Source of the DNA: Mobula hypostoma
Taxonomy: Eukaryota
Reading direction: 5' to 3'
Assembly: GCF_963921235.1 (NCBI RefSeq)
Contig: NC_086107.1
Span: 94,056,001 to 94,120,000 of the forward strand
Length of the DNA stretch: 64,000 nucleotides
Positions 13,001 through 25,000 of this stretch are shown here, in pieces. Position numbers and translations under genes: made by a program. Each line of letters starts with the position of its first letter. Position 1 is the stretch's first letter. The notes beneath the pieces were generated by a model. That model saw only the letters and a list, made by a program, of their open reading frames with translations. It was not told the DNA's origin and made no database searches.

Positions 13001-16000
13001 GATAAGAGAAAATTATTTAGCTGGAGAGTGGTGAATCTGTGGAATTCATTGCCATAGATGGCTGTGGAGGCCCAGTCATTAGGTGCATTTAAAGTGGAAG
13101 TTGACAGGCTCTTGATTAATAATAGCGTCAAAGGCAGGAGAAGGGACTGAAAGGAAAGATAAATCTGCCATGATTGAATGGTGGAGCAGACTTGATAGGC
13201 CAAGTGGCCTAATTCTACTCCAATGCCTTGAAACAAAGCTAAGACGAGGCCACAGAAAACAGTGGAGGAACTTGGTGGGTCAGGCAGTATCTGTGGCGGG
13301 ACGTTTCAGGTCGAGACCCTTCATCTGGAATGATGAATTCCTCATCTAACAGGTGTGTCCAGATGAAGGGTCTCAACCCAAAATATCATCCTCTATAGAT
13401 GCTACCTGACCTGCTGAGTGCCTCCAGCATCCTGTAGGTTTATTCAGAGCTAACACATACATCATTCCCCAACTGACACCGGTGTGTCTCAATTCCTCAC
13501 ACCACCTCATCCAGACCAATGCACTCACTGACCGACACTGTCCTCTCTCACTTCCTCATATTCATTCCATTTCATCCTGTCTCCTAATCCCTCCAAATTC
13601 CTGCTCTTCCCTCTCAACTAACCACGAAGGCACCCAGCTTCCAATCCCTCTTCTTTACTATGGCCATGAAGGAATTCCAATATGGAAGAAAACGTCTAAG
13701 TGGAATAAGCCAAGGGAAGTGGAAGTAGGCACATCGAGTGTCTTTGTCCTTGCCACGTGGAGGTGGCCATTTTGTGAAACTGCTTTGCAACCTCCATTTG
13801 GTGGGCTGTCTTGTGAACAAGTTTTGCGCAAGAATAGCTGGATCAAAGTGGACACATTTGACAATCGCGGCTGTCTATGGACCTTACTGATAATCTGCTG
13901 AACTAGAGATAATTTCCAAACAAAGGAGACTGTTTGAGAGATGTTTGTTGGTAAGAGGGAATTTACAGGTTTATGAATAAGAGCAGTCTGTGTCTGACCT
14001 GAGTTACCCAACCCTAGTGACTGGTTGGTCCGACCTGATTCAGAACAAAGAGATCATTAATTACAGGTTGTTACTTGCAAGAAGGGCAATAAAATGGCGC
14101 TGCCTTAAGGTTGATTCATACTTGTACGTCAAATGTATGCCGTAGGTACGGCGTAGCCGCGTACCCTACGCTGTACTCTACGCCAAAGCCTATGCCGTAT
14201 CCTAACGTGCACCTCTCCCAAAACGTAACTGTGTGTCGTGGCGACGCAGACCGAAACAACTGTGATTGGTCCGCTTGGTAGCATTGCATTTCCTCCTACG
14301 CTGCAATAGCTTCCCATTGGGCGACTGAAGGGCAGGGAAGGAACTCTGGCTGCAATCCCTTCCATAAAGCTTTACAGACCTCCGAAATTATGGAGGACCC
14401 TGTGCTTGATGCCAGTTTGTAGCTAGCTGCTACAGCCTGTTGACTTCCACCTGAAGCTAAAACTCAAATGGTTATTGCCGGTCTCTGAGTACTGTATACT
14501 GTGCATACACTGATGCGAAATAAATGGTTGGAGACGATGAACCAAATCGTCAAATCTACCTGCCGACATCCGAAAATATTTGAAGTGCATTTCCTCGTCC
14601 ATGTCCCTCAGTGGCCGGACAAGCACAGGAAATTCACCCTCCTTTAGTTTCAGTCACCATTGTTTGAAGTTTGAGTTTCTTCGTGTACAGTTTCAACACA
14701 AAGAAACTCAACACAGTGGCATAGAAACCCCACCGCCATCTAGCGTTTTGGCGGTGAATTACAGACACACCAATGCACAAGCATAGATGCTCACAACGGC
14801 ATAGCCCACTTGCGTAGGCTGCGGCGTAAGCTAGTACGCACAAGTATAAATCAGCCTTTACACCAGAGCCAATGGAAAGCTGACACACATTAGCCAGAGA
14901 GGCCAGAGCCAACTAGATTGAAACACAACATTTTTTTATCTGATAAAGAAAGAAAATTAGAATGAAGGGGCTTCAAATCCAAGGCAGCAAGAACTCCAGA
15001 GACTACTGTAACTATCACAAGGAAGACCCCTATACATGGGGGTCTTTCTTGTGATATTTAGTCTCTGAAGAAGGATCAATTGTTTAGCCAACAGGAGATC
15101 CCCTATTTCAAAGTATAATCAATGGTTCAATTTAATATCAGAGAATGTATACAGTATACAACCTGAAATTCTTACTCTTCACAGACATAGAAACATAGAA
15201 ACATAGAAAATAGGTGCAGGAGTAGGCCATTTGGCCCTTCGAGCCTGCACCGCCATTCAGTATGATCATGGCTGATCATCCAACTCAGAACCCTGCACCA
15301 GCCTTCCCTCCATACCCCCTGATCCCTTTAGCCGCAAGGACCATATCTAACTCCCTCTTAAATAGAGCCAATGAACTGGCCTCAACTGTTTCCTGTGGCA
15401 GAGAATTCCACAGATTCATCACTCTCTGTGTGAAGAAGTTTTTCCTCATCTCGGTCCTAAGAGGCTTCCCCTCTATCCTCAAACTGTGACCCCTCGTTCT
15501 GGACTTCCCCAATATCGGGAACAATCTTCCTGCATCTATACATCCACGAAACAGAAGATAACCCCAAAGAATGAATGACAGGAAAAAATGTTGGACCCCT
15601 AAGGCCCCCACCCTCCCAAGCACAAGCATCTAGATCTCCCCCCACCACCCACCAAGCAAGCAACAGCAAAGCCCCCCAAAGACCCCTTGATCTGCAGTCT
15701 AGCAAAAAAAACTACAGTTCATACCCTAGCACTATAAATTCAGTGTTATAAATTGGAGAAATGCTCTGAGCGAGTATTGGAGCAGAGGGCGCAGTGGAAT
15801 TCATGATTTAAGTTGATGGCCTGGGGTCAACACAGTTACACTGATATTTCTGCAGAGAAAATAAAATTCAGTCTTTGAATTGATTAAGAGTTGCATAGTG
15901 AATTGCCTAATCTAGATCAGATGGCGGGGGTGGGGGAGTCAGATCTTGTTTTTATATAACATTCAGTGGTTACCATATAGATTTTTCCTATTGTTTTAGT

Positions 16001-19000
16001 AGGGTTTGTGCTCGTATCTCTGAATCAATGATCAGCCTAATCCAATAACTTAACCGCCACACCATCTCTACCCACCTTAAGCTCTCAACTATTAAGACAA
16101 GTACAGTTTTGTGCAAGAGTCTTGGGCCTGTATAGACAGCTAGGGTGCCTAAGCTGTTTGCACAGTACTGTATTTGTCAATGTGAAGCAGGGAGTGAACT
16201 TGTCAATCCGGCAAGAGCAAAAGACGTTGGGAATAGCGAGAGTGGAGCCCCATGGGAGCAGTGTTGGACAGGTGGCAGAGGAGAAGTGCCCAGGGGTAGG
16301 ATATGGGTGCAGACACCAGGCAATGTTATTTGAGTTCAAACAATTGGGTTATTGATCATTACAGAATGTTTCTCTGGTGCTTCCCACTCCTTCCACTCTC
16401 CCCTTCCCTTTTCCCAACTGTGATTCCCCTCTCCCTTCCCCTTTTCCTAACCATGATTCCTCCCTCGCTGCCCCCTTCCCACTCTCAGTCCACAATAGAG
16501 ACCCATATCAGAATCAGATTTATCATCACTCATATACATCATGAAATTTGTTTTTTTTTGTGGCAGCAGTACAGTGCAATACATAAAATTACTACAGTAC
16601 TGTGCAAAAGTCATAGGCACTCTGTCTATTTATATGTGCACAGTAATGTACATCAACCAAACCTTGTCCCTTATCGTGCACTATTTTCGGGGGCAGAGAT
16701 CAACATTAAGTTCTTCCTGACTTTCTAAAAAACATAGAATACTACAGCGCACAATGTCGTGTCAAACTTTAAACCTACTCTAAGAATAATCAAAGCCCTC
16801 TTTCCTACAGAGCCCTCCTGAATGATCTGGCTGTAAGTTTAGGACACAGCGTATACATCACTGTGGATTTCCCTCCCACCAGCAGAAGGCATTGCACCCT
16901 ACACCCTCCTCCAAACCCCCTGCATAAGCTAACCGCTAACCGCTAACCTCTAACTCCATGAGTTGTTCAACTTCCTCGGCAGACTCACCAGCAATCACAT
17001 TCTTTGTTTCGGGCTTTACAATGAAGAGACCAGTGAGTTGTTGGTGGGCATCCTCAGGGGCCGTATCTGTAAAGAACAAAATATTTCAGGTGCTTTAGAA
17101 TTAAGTCTGGGAACTTTGTATGTACATAATTTAACACAGTCCGCTGAATTAACCCTCTGAAAGTCATAATACACCGTTTACAAAAGAAAACTAGATAAGT
17201 ATCAATAAATATTGTCAGCAAACCCGTACTCTTGCTTTTGGTCTCCTTCGGGTTAAGCTACAGATCAGGAAGGTCAAAGGTAGGGGTTAGCGCCATCTGA
17301 GGTCACATTGGAAACATACAGGTCCTGAAGAAGGGTCTCGGCCTGAAATGTTGACTGTTTCTTCCTTTCCATAGATGCTGCCTGACCTACTGAGTTAACT
17401 AGCATTGTGTGTGTTGATTGGGATGATAGGATAGGCTTGGAATCAAGGATCAACTTTATTCGCCACAGACATTTACACGTATAAATGTGTGTCTGAGTGT
17501 ACTGGAGGCTGAAGAAGACGGCCTGTCTTGGGGTCAGAGGATTGTGTCTGTACGTAGGTGGGATGGAGGGGCGGGACGGGACATGCTTTGTCTCTGTTGT
17601 TTTGCTGCTTGCTGTGTTCTGCATTGTTCTGCCGAGCACTGTGGGCTTGCAATGTTGGTTGGCACCGGAATGTGTGCAGGCCATCCCCAGCTCAGGTGTG
17701 TTGGTTGTTAGCGCAAACAACACATTTCACTGTACATTTTGGCGTACGCATGATAAATAAATTCTAACTTTGATTCTTGAATCTTGAGTGTATTAGGAAC
17801 TTGCTGTGGTTTGTCGGTCAGGGTGCAACATTGAAAACTGGCTGATCAGATTAACAGCCTGGGGAAAGAAACTTCTAAATTTGGTTAGATAATAGAGCTG
17901 AGGTTTAGGTGTAGGTTAAATTTGGTTTTAGATAATTGTATAAAGTAAGGTCTCAGAGTTTTTGTGATCAACAATCTGTTCACCAATGGGCAGATGATAA
18001 AATGGTAATTGAGTTAAATGTCAAATACCAAATGGCACAGAGGGTAGGGCCACTGCCTCACAGAACTAGAGACGCGGGTTTGATCCTGACCTCTGGCGCT
18101 GGCTGTGTGCACGTTCTCCCTGCGACCCCCGTGGGTTTCCACCAAGTGCTCTGGAATCCTCCCACAACCCAATGAAGTACTAGCTGATAGGTAAATTGGC
18201 CACAGCAAATTATCTCGGGAGCAGAGGAGACTTGGTGGGTATAGGGAGAATGAGATGGGATATTTATATTCAATACCGAATATCAAAAAGCCCAGAAAGA
18301 GTGGACGTGGAGAGAAGTTTGTAGAAGAAAAATACTTTTTGTTAATATGCCAGTGTTGGAGGCCATTGGCCAAACATGAGGCTTAGCGGTTAGCATAACG
18401 TTCTATAGCACCGGCTGTAAGATCAAGGTTAAATTCACACCGCTGTCCGCAAGGAGTTTGTACGTTCTCCCCATGACCACTTGGGTTTCCTCCGAGTGCT
18501 CTGGTTTCCTCCCACATTCCAGAGACGTACGGTTGGGGTTCGTGAGTTATGGGCATGCTATATTGTCGCCACATGCATGGCGACACTCATCAGCTGCACC
18601 CAGCACCTTATTAAGACTTTACTCCCTGAGATGTACAAACGTAGAATGAGAGGGAGACCTGGCAGAGCTGTATAAAATCAGGAGGAGCATACACAGGTTG
18701 AATACACACAGTCTTTTTCCCAGGGAAGGGGATTCGAAAACCAGAGGGCGAAAATCTAAAAGGGACCCAAGAAGCAACTTCTTCACACAGAGGGTGGACC
18801 ATATATGGAATAAACTGCCAGAGGAACATACATTTAAAAAGATACTTGGACGCGTACATGGATAGGAAAGTTTTAGAGCAGAGGTTCCCAGCCCTGTTAA
18901 TGCCATAGACCCCTACCACTAACCGAGGACACGCCAAGTTGGGAACCCCTGGTTTAGGGGGATTTTGGACCAAAGGCAAGCAAATCAAGTTAAGTTAGAC

Positions 19001-22000
19001 CGGCTTCTTGGTTGGGATGGATGAGTTGGGCTGTATGACTCTGTGAGTCGACCAGGGTATATACGTGGGCAGCACTGTGGTGTCGCAGTTAACCTAGCGC
19101 TTTGTCGCGCCGGCTGTAAGATCAGGGTTTGATTCCCGCCACTGCCTGCATGGGGGTTTGTACGTTCTCCCCGTGACTGTGTAGGTTTCTTCCGGATGCT
19201 CCGGTTTCCTCCCACGTTCCAAAGGCGTACGGGTAAGGGTGAGCAGTAGTAGTGCGGTCACTCGAGTCGAGTACGATGTTCTCCTATAAGGGGTCATCTG
19301 TCTGTGGGTCTTCAGGTCAAGGCCACACATTCTGGCGCAGCGTGGGCCTGTGATTAGTGGTTGCTCAGAAGGGTTTGCGAGTTGCGGGCACACTATGTCG
19401 GCGCCGGGCTGCCCTGCTGATTCGACTTGGCGCTGACAACACATTTCACTGCATGTCGCGATGTAGGTGTGGCAAATAAAGGTAATCTTTTATTTGTCTG
19501 AGCCCTCTCTTACCCATTTTACGCTGCGTGGAGAGCTTCACGCCGGCCCAGTTGTCACGTAGCTGATGAAGGCCATTTAAATGTAAATGGAAAGATTATG
19601 CAAATCCCTTCTCTCCCGTATGAACTGGGAATGAGCAGCAAATAACAATGTCACTGCACTGAGATGAATTGCCCCGTATTATATGGTGAAACTCAAGTGT
19701 AACCTGTCTCCTGCTCAAATCTATTCAGATTCTCTATTACGCTGGGAAGCAGCCCGAAAACAGAGCAATTGAAGCAGTATGAGAGATCTGAACACTTGGG
19801 TCATATTTTAAATACCTCTCTCTATGCCTTAATTCACAGCAAAATCTATTCAGCAGGCTCTGTGGAGATTGCATCGAGTTGCCCTTTCAAAGGTAAATGA
19901 TTCCAGTGTAATGACAGCATGGTGCTGGGTAAAGCAGGGCAAAGTAAAACAGAATATCTTTGGCAGTCAGAAAGAAAGTCTACTCTGCCACTTCTCACCC
20001 ACCCACTTGAGTCTAAAAGTTATTTATCATCAACGACACCCCCCCCACCGCCCACCAACCGGAGCTACGCCGCCTTCTCGCAGCTCCCACCGGGCAGGGG
20101 GTCGAAGCCCGACGTCCCCACACCACCAGGTTCAAGAACAGCGACTTCCCTTCGGCCACTGGGTTCTGCAAACCCTAAACTCTGCAGTTTAGTAAATGTG
20201 ACCACTCCGGCCACTCGGCACGAAAGTGGGCTCTGCTTTCTTTCTTGTGAAAGCTGCGTCCCCTTATAAATTTTATACATTCCTTGTAAACGCTGCTTAT
20301 CTGATGCTCTGTGTCTGTGAAGCTGCTGCAGGGAGGTTTTTTTTTAATATATTGCACCCACACAGACACATACGTGTGCACATGACAATAAATTCAGCTT
20401 TAAACACTTATTCTCAAACCGACCAGAAAATCCCCAAACACCACCTCGGACTAGCAAACTATGGGCTGGAGGAAGGCAGCAGCAGACGTACAAGCCAAAT
20501 AGAAGATCCCTCAGGAGCAAAAGGCGTCTTTTAACAAGGGGAAGGGGATGGGTGCAGAACAGTAGAACAGTACAGCACAGGAACAGGCCTTTCAGCCCAC
20601 AATGTGGGCTAGTCGGGCAGCACTGATGGAAGGGAATAAACAGTCAATGTTTCGGGCTGAGTTCCTCCAGCAATTCAGAATCAGAATCAGGTTTAATATC
20701 ACTGGCATATGTCACGAGACGTAACATGACATATAATTGCCCAGGCCTGTGCCCTGGAGAGTGAAGACTTTCCAGGCGCAGATCCATGGTCTCGCAAGAC
20801 TAACGGATGCCGTTTCTATGTCATGAAATGTCTTGCTTAGCAGCAGTACATTGCTTTAGTTAAAAAAAAACACTTTAAGCTACACTAAGAAATATAGATA
20901 TGTATGTAAATGAAATTTAACTACTTAACCCGATGAGATCAGAATCGGGTTTAATATCACTGATATGTCGTGAATTATGTTGTTTTGCGATGGCAATACA
21001 TAAAAACTATAAATTACAATATAAATATACGCATATTTAAAAATTCAGTAAGTAGTGCAAAAAGAGACGAAAGTAGTAATGCAGTGTTCATTCAGAAATC
21101 TGATGGGGGGAAGGGGAAATAGATGCTCCAGAATCATTGAGTGTGGGTCTTCAGGCTCCTGTATCTCCTTCTTGATGGTTGCAATGAGACGAGGGCATGA
21201 CCTGGGTGATGGGTGGATGCCAGCTTTCTGAGGCGTCGCCTTTTGAAGGTTCTCGATGCTGGGGAGGCCATGCCGGAGATGGCTGAGTTTGCAACTCTCT
21301 GCAGCTCCTCCTGGCCCTGTGCAGGGGCCCTTCCATACCAGACGGTGATGCAACCAGTTACTCAAGATTTCCAGCATCTGCAGAATCTCTTACGTTTATC
21401 AGCAACGTGGGCATTGGTCCAGATTGTGGGTGATTTAGTGAGACCGAACTGCGGTGCTGAAAGCAGACAGGACTGTCTCACCGGCTGCTGGTCATGAGAT
21501 CCGGACGGCCAGCATGTTACTGGAACTGGCAGAAACCAAGTTCTGTGCAGACTGAACACTTGCAGACGTGCGTGGACGAAGAAAGCCAAAGTTACCTAAC
21601 AGTTGGAAGACCCCAAAGGGTTTCATTCAGGGATTCCACTGTATTATAGTGTGAGATCACCAACCTACGTTCCTCAATGTCCCATAGACAAAATGGGACA
21701 AGAAGCCCAACATGTTCTGGGCAAGCACGATGTGTAATCACGACAGTAATGCGGAAGGGCAATCCCTGAAGGAATTATCATGAGCAAAACATTAAGCTCC
21801 AGACAGTGGCTAAGCCTCTTAGACCATAAACCATAAGATTCAAGATTGTTTAATGTCATTTCCCATACATAAGCATAAGGAGATCAGGAGACTAAGGAGG
21901 AAATAATAAGGCAGACGTACAGTACTGTGCAAAAGTCTTAGACACATATATATAGCTCAGGTGCCTAAGACTTTTGCACGGTACTGTATTTGTCAACGTG

Positions 22001-25000
22001 GAGCGGGAGCAAGTGTGTAAATCTGGCAGGAGGATAGGCTGTTAGGAATGCCGAGGGTGGGGTGCCATGGCATGGGTGTGGGGCAAGTGCCAGGGGCGGG
22101 AGGGGGATGGCGCGGGTGCAGACACACCAGGCAGGGTCACTTGATTCCAATCATTTGGTTTATCGATCATTACAGAATGCCTCTCTGGTGCTTCCCGCTC
22201 CCTCCTCTCTCCCTTCCCCTTTTCCCAACCATGATTCCCCTCTCGCTGCCCCCTTCCCACTCTCCGTCCACAATAGGGACCCTTATCAGAATCAGGTTGT
22301 CATCACTCACATGTGTCATGAAATTTGTTTTTTAGCAGCGGTACAGTGCAATACATAAAATTATTACAGTACTGTGCAAAAGTCTTAGGCACCCCAGCTA
22401 ATATATATATCTCAGATTCTTGCCCAGCTGCTATATATATATCTAAGACTTTTGCACAGTACTGTAGGAACAGAATTATGCCATTTGGCCCATCATGTCT
22501 ATTCCACCATTTTATCATGGTTGATTTATTATCCCTCTTGACACCGTTCTTGCCTTCTCCCCATATATACATAACGTGACATATAATGTGAAAAGAAATT
22601 ATCCCAACAAGCCTAGCAGAACACCACTAGTTATCGGCAACCAACCAGGAAAGGCCCCCTTTATTCCCAATCTTTACCTCCTGCCAGTCAGCCAGTCTTC
22701 TTTCCAAACTAGTATCTGTCTTGAACTACCGAGGGCTCTTATCTTGCTTCACAGCCTCATCTGCATCATCTTGTCAAAGGCCTTTTACAGGAAACAGTGG
22801 TGTGTCTGAGTCTGAGGGTGGACACAAACTGTTCGGGGAGAAGGATGGAGACTCTCCTCAAGTTAGGAATCTTGCAAACACCTTCAAACTTCCAAACTTT
22901 CAGAGGCACAGTTCAAGACTATCAAATACTGAGCACCTCTCTCCATATGGGACTGTCCCACCAGGCCATTCCAGGGGATCTACATCGACTTGCTGTTGTT
23001 GGTGGACCGCCACTGAGCATGGACTGAGGTAAAATGTGTAGGGTCACATACCACCACCAAACGGACTCTGGAAAAACTTCAGGTCCTGAGGATAGTGCAT
23101 CAAAAAATGGTCTGCAATTTCAGCCATTTCAATCTGAACAATTTCATAATGAAATGGAATCACCTAGTGCTTCACACGCCCTCGTCATCAGGTCTCATAC
23201 AGAGAAGTCTAGAAGTCAGTGAATGAACAAAATAGACAATGGGCTCCAGATCAAATCTTACAAACAAAGTCCTGGTGTCCTTCTGAGCCACAGGTCGAAA
23301 TCTCGTTCCACTACTGAGTACACTAGTTAACCTTTGAGTCTTTCATGATCATGACATCAGAACAGACACCAAAATGTTAGTGTACAAAGCAGTGGTAATC
23401 CCAACGCTCCTGTAGGCATCAGAAACCTGGACAACATACCAACGACATCTGAAGGCACTTGAAAATTTCCATCAACGCTGTCTTCGAAACATCTTAAGTA
23501 TTATTGGGAAGATAGAAGAACCAAAGTCAGCGTGCTAAATGAAGCAAAAACAACAAGCATTGAAGCCTACGTCATCAAGAACCAACTAAGGTGGAGCGGT
23601 CATGTTGTTCGGATGAAAGACGAATGCCTGCCGAAACAAATCTTCTACTTCCAGTTTAAAGAAGGCAAACGTAAAAGAGGCGGACAACAGAAGAGATCCA
23701 AAGACATCTTGAAAGCCAATATGAAGAAATGTAACATCGACATCAACAACTGGGAAACCAATACCCAGGACAGGAAACTCTGGCAAGCCATCATCCGAGA
23801 AGGAACAGCAACTTTTGAAGCCAACAGATGTGCAGAATTAGAAGAAAAGAGAAAAAAATGGAAAGAGAGGCAGCAACAACCAAAGCCCGATCTGCCATCT
23901 GGAACTACCTGTCCTGAATGCAGAAGAACTTTCAAAGCCAAGATTGGACTCATAAGCCACTTGAGAGCCCGTAAGTAGATCAACAGAACGAAGACCATCA
24001 TCCTCAACCTCGAGGGATAGCCACGACGACGACACTAGTTAAACTACTTTCTCTCCAAGAAAATTTCTACAGATGTAGCATGTAGAAGTTCTGACTGGTT
24101 ACATCACCAATGCACAAGACTGGAAAAAAAACTTCCAAGGATTGTAGACTCATCTAGTTCCACCATGGGCACCAGCCTCCCCAACACTGAAGACATTTTG
24201 AAAGGATGGTGTCCCAAGAAGGTGGCATGCATCACTGAAGACCCTCGACATTTGGGACATGCCCTCGTCTCATTATTACCACCAGGGAGGAGGGACAGAA
24301 GCTCAGGGACACACACTGAACATTTTAGGAACAATTTCTACCCTTCCACTATCAGATTTCTGAATGGGCGATGAACCCATGAGCACTCCTCACTATTTAG
24401 TCTCTTTTCGCATTAATTTATTTTATTTTTAATCTTTTATTAAATATTCCGTATTTTAACATAAATATATATTATTTTGCTACTGCATAACAACAAATTT
24501 CACAACATGCCAGTGATAATAAACCTGTTTCTGATTGTCTTTTAAAGGTGGGGACGGAGGGAACGTCGACTCAGACCATGAGAGGCCTGCGTCCAGCATT
24601 TTCATGCCTTACGAGGCGCAGATTGGAAGGCTGTTTGGGGCGCCACTCCTCGCACTGACACTAGAGCAATGTGTGGTTAAGTGCCTTGCTCAAGGACACA
24701 AACACGCTGCCACAGCTGAGGCTCAAACTAGCGAGCCTGAGATCACTAGACAAATGCCTTAACCACTTGGCCACGTGCCCAACACAATAAATATTACTTA
24801 GTGTGATTTTGGTCCATACTGGTGTTGTTGATAGTGTAGAAGGCAAGTATTGGAGAGCACGCCTCAGTGAGGAAAAGCTGAGCGAGCTACAGTTTTTCCC
24901 TTTGGAGTGACGGAAGATGAGGAGTGACTTGATGGAGGTGTACAAGACGGTAAGGAGACATAGAAAGAAAAGACAGCTAGCAACCTTCTCCGCCACTGTT

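Noticed and set aside
13620..15115. Possible solo LTR surrounding the Harbinger element
   Set aside because: No second copy in the window and no clear TG..CA ends or TSD.
16929..16955. (CTAACCG)n, telomere-like or QKI-like motifs beside an exon donor
   Set aside because: Only 3-4 imperfect units; reads GTTAG on the transcript strand, so it is not a QKI/branch-point motif.
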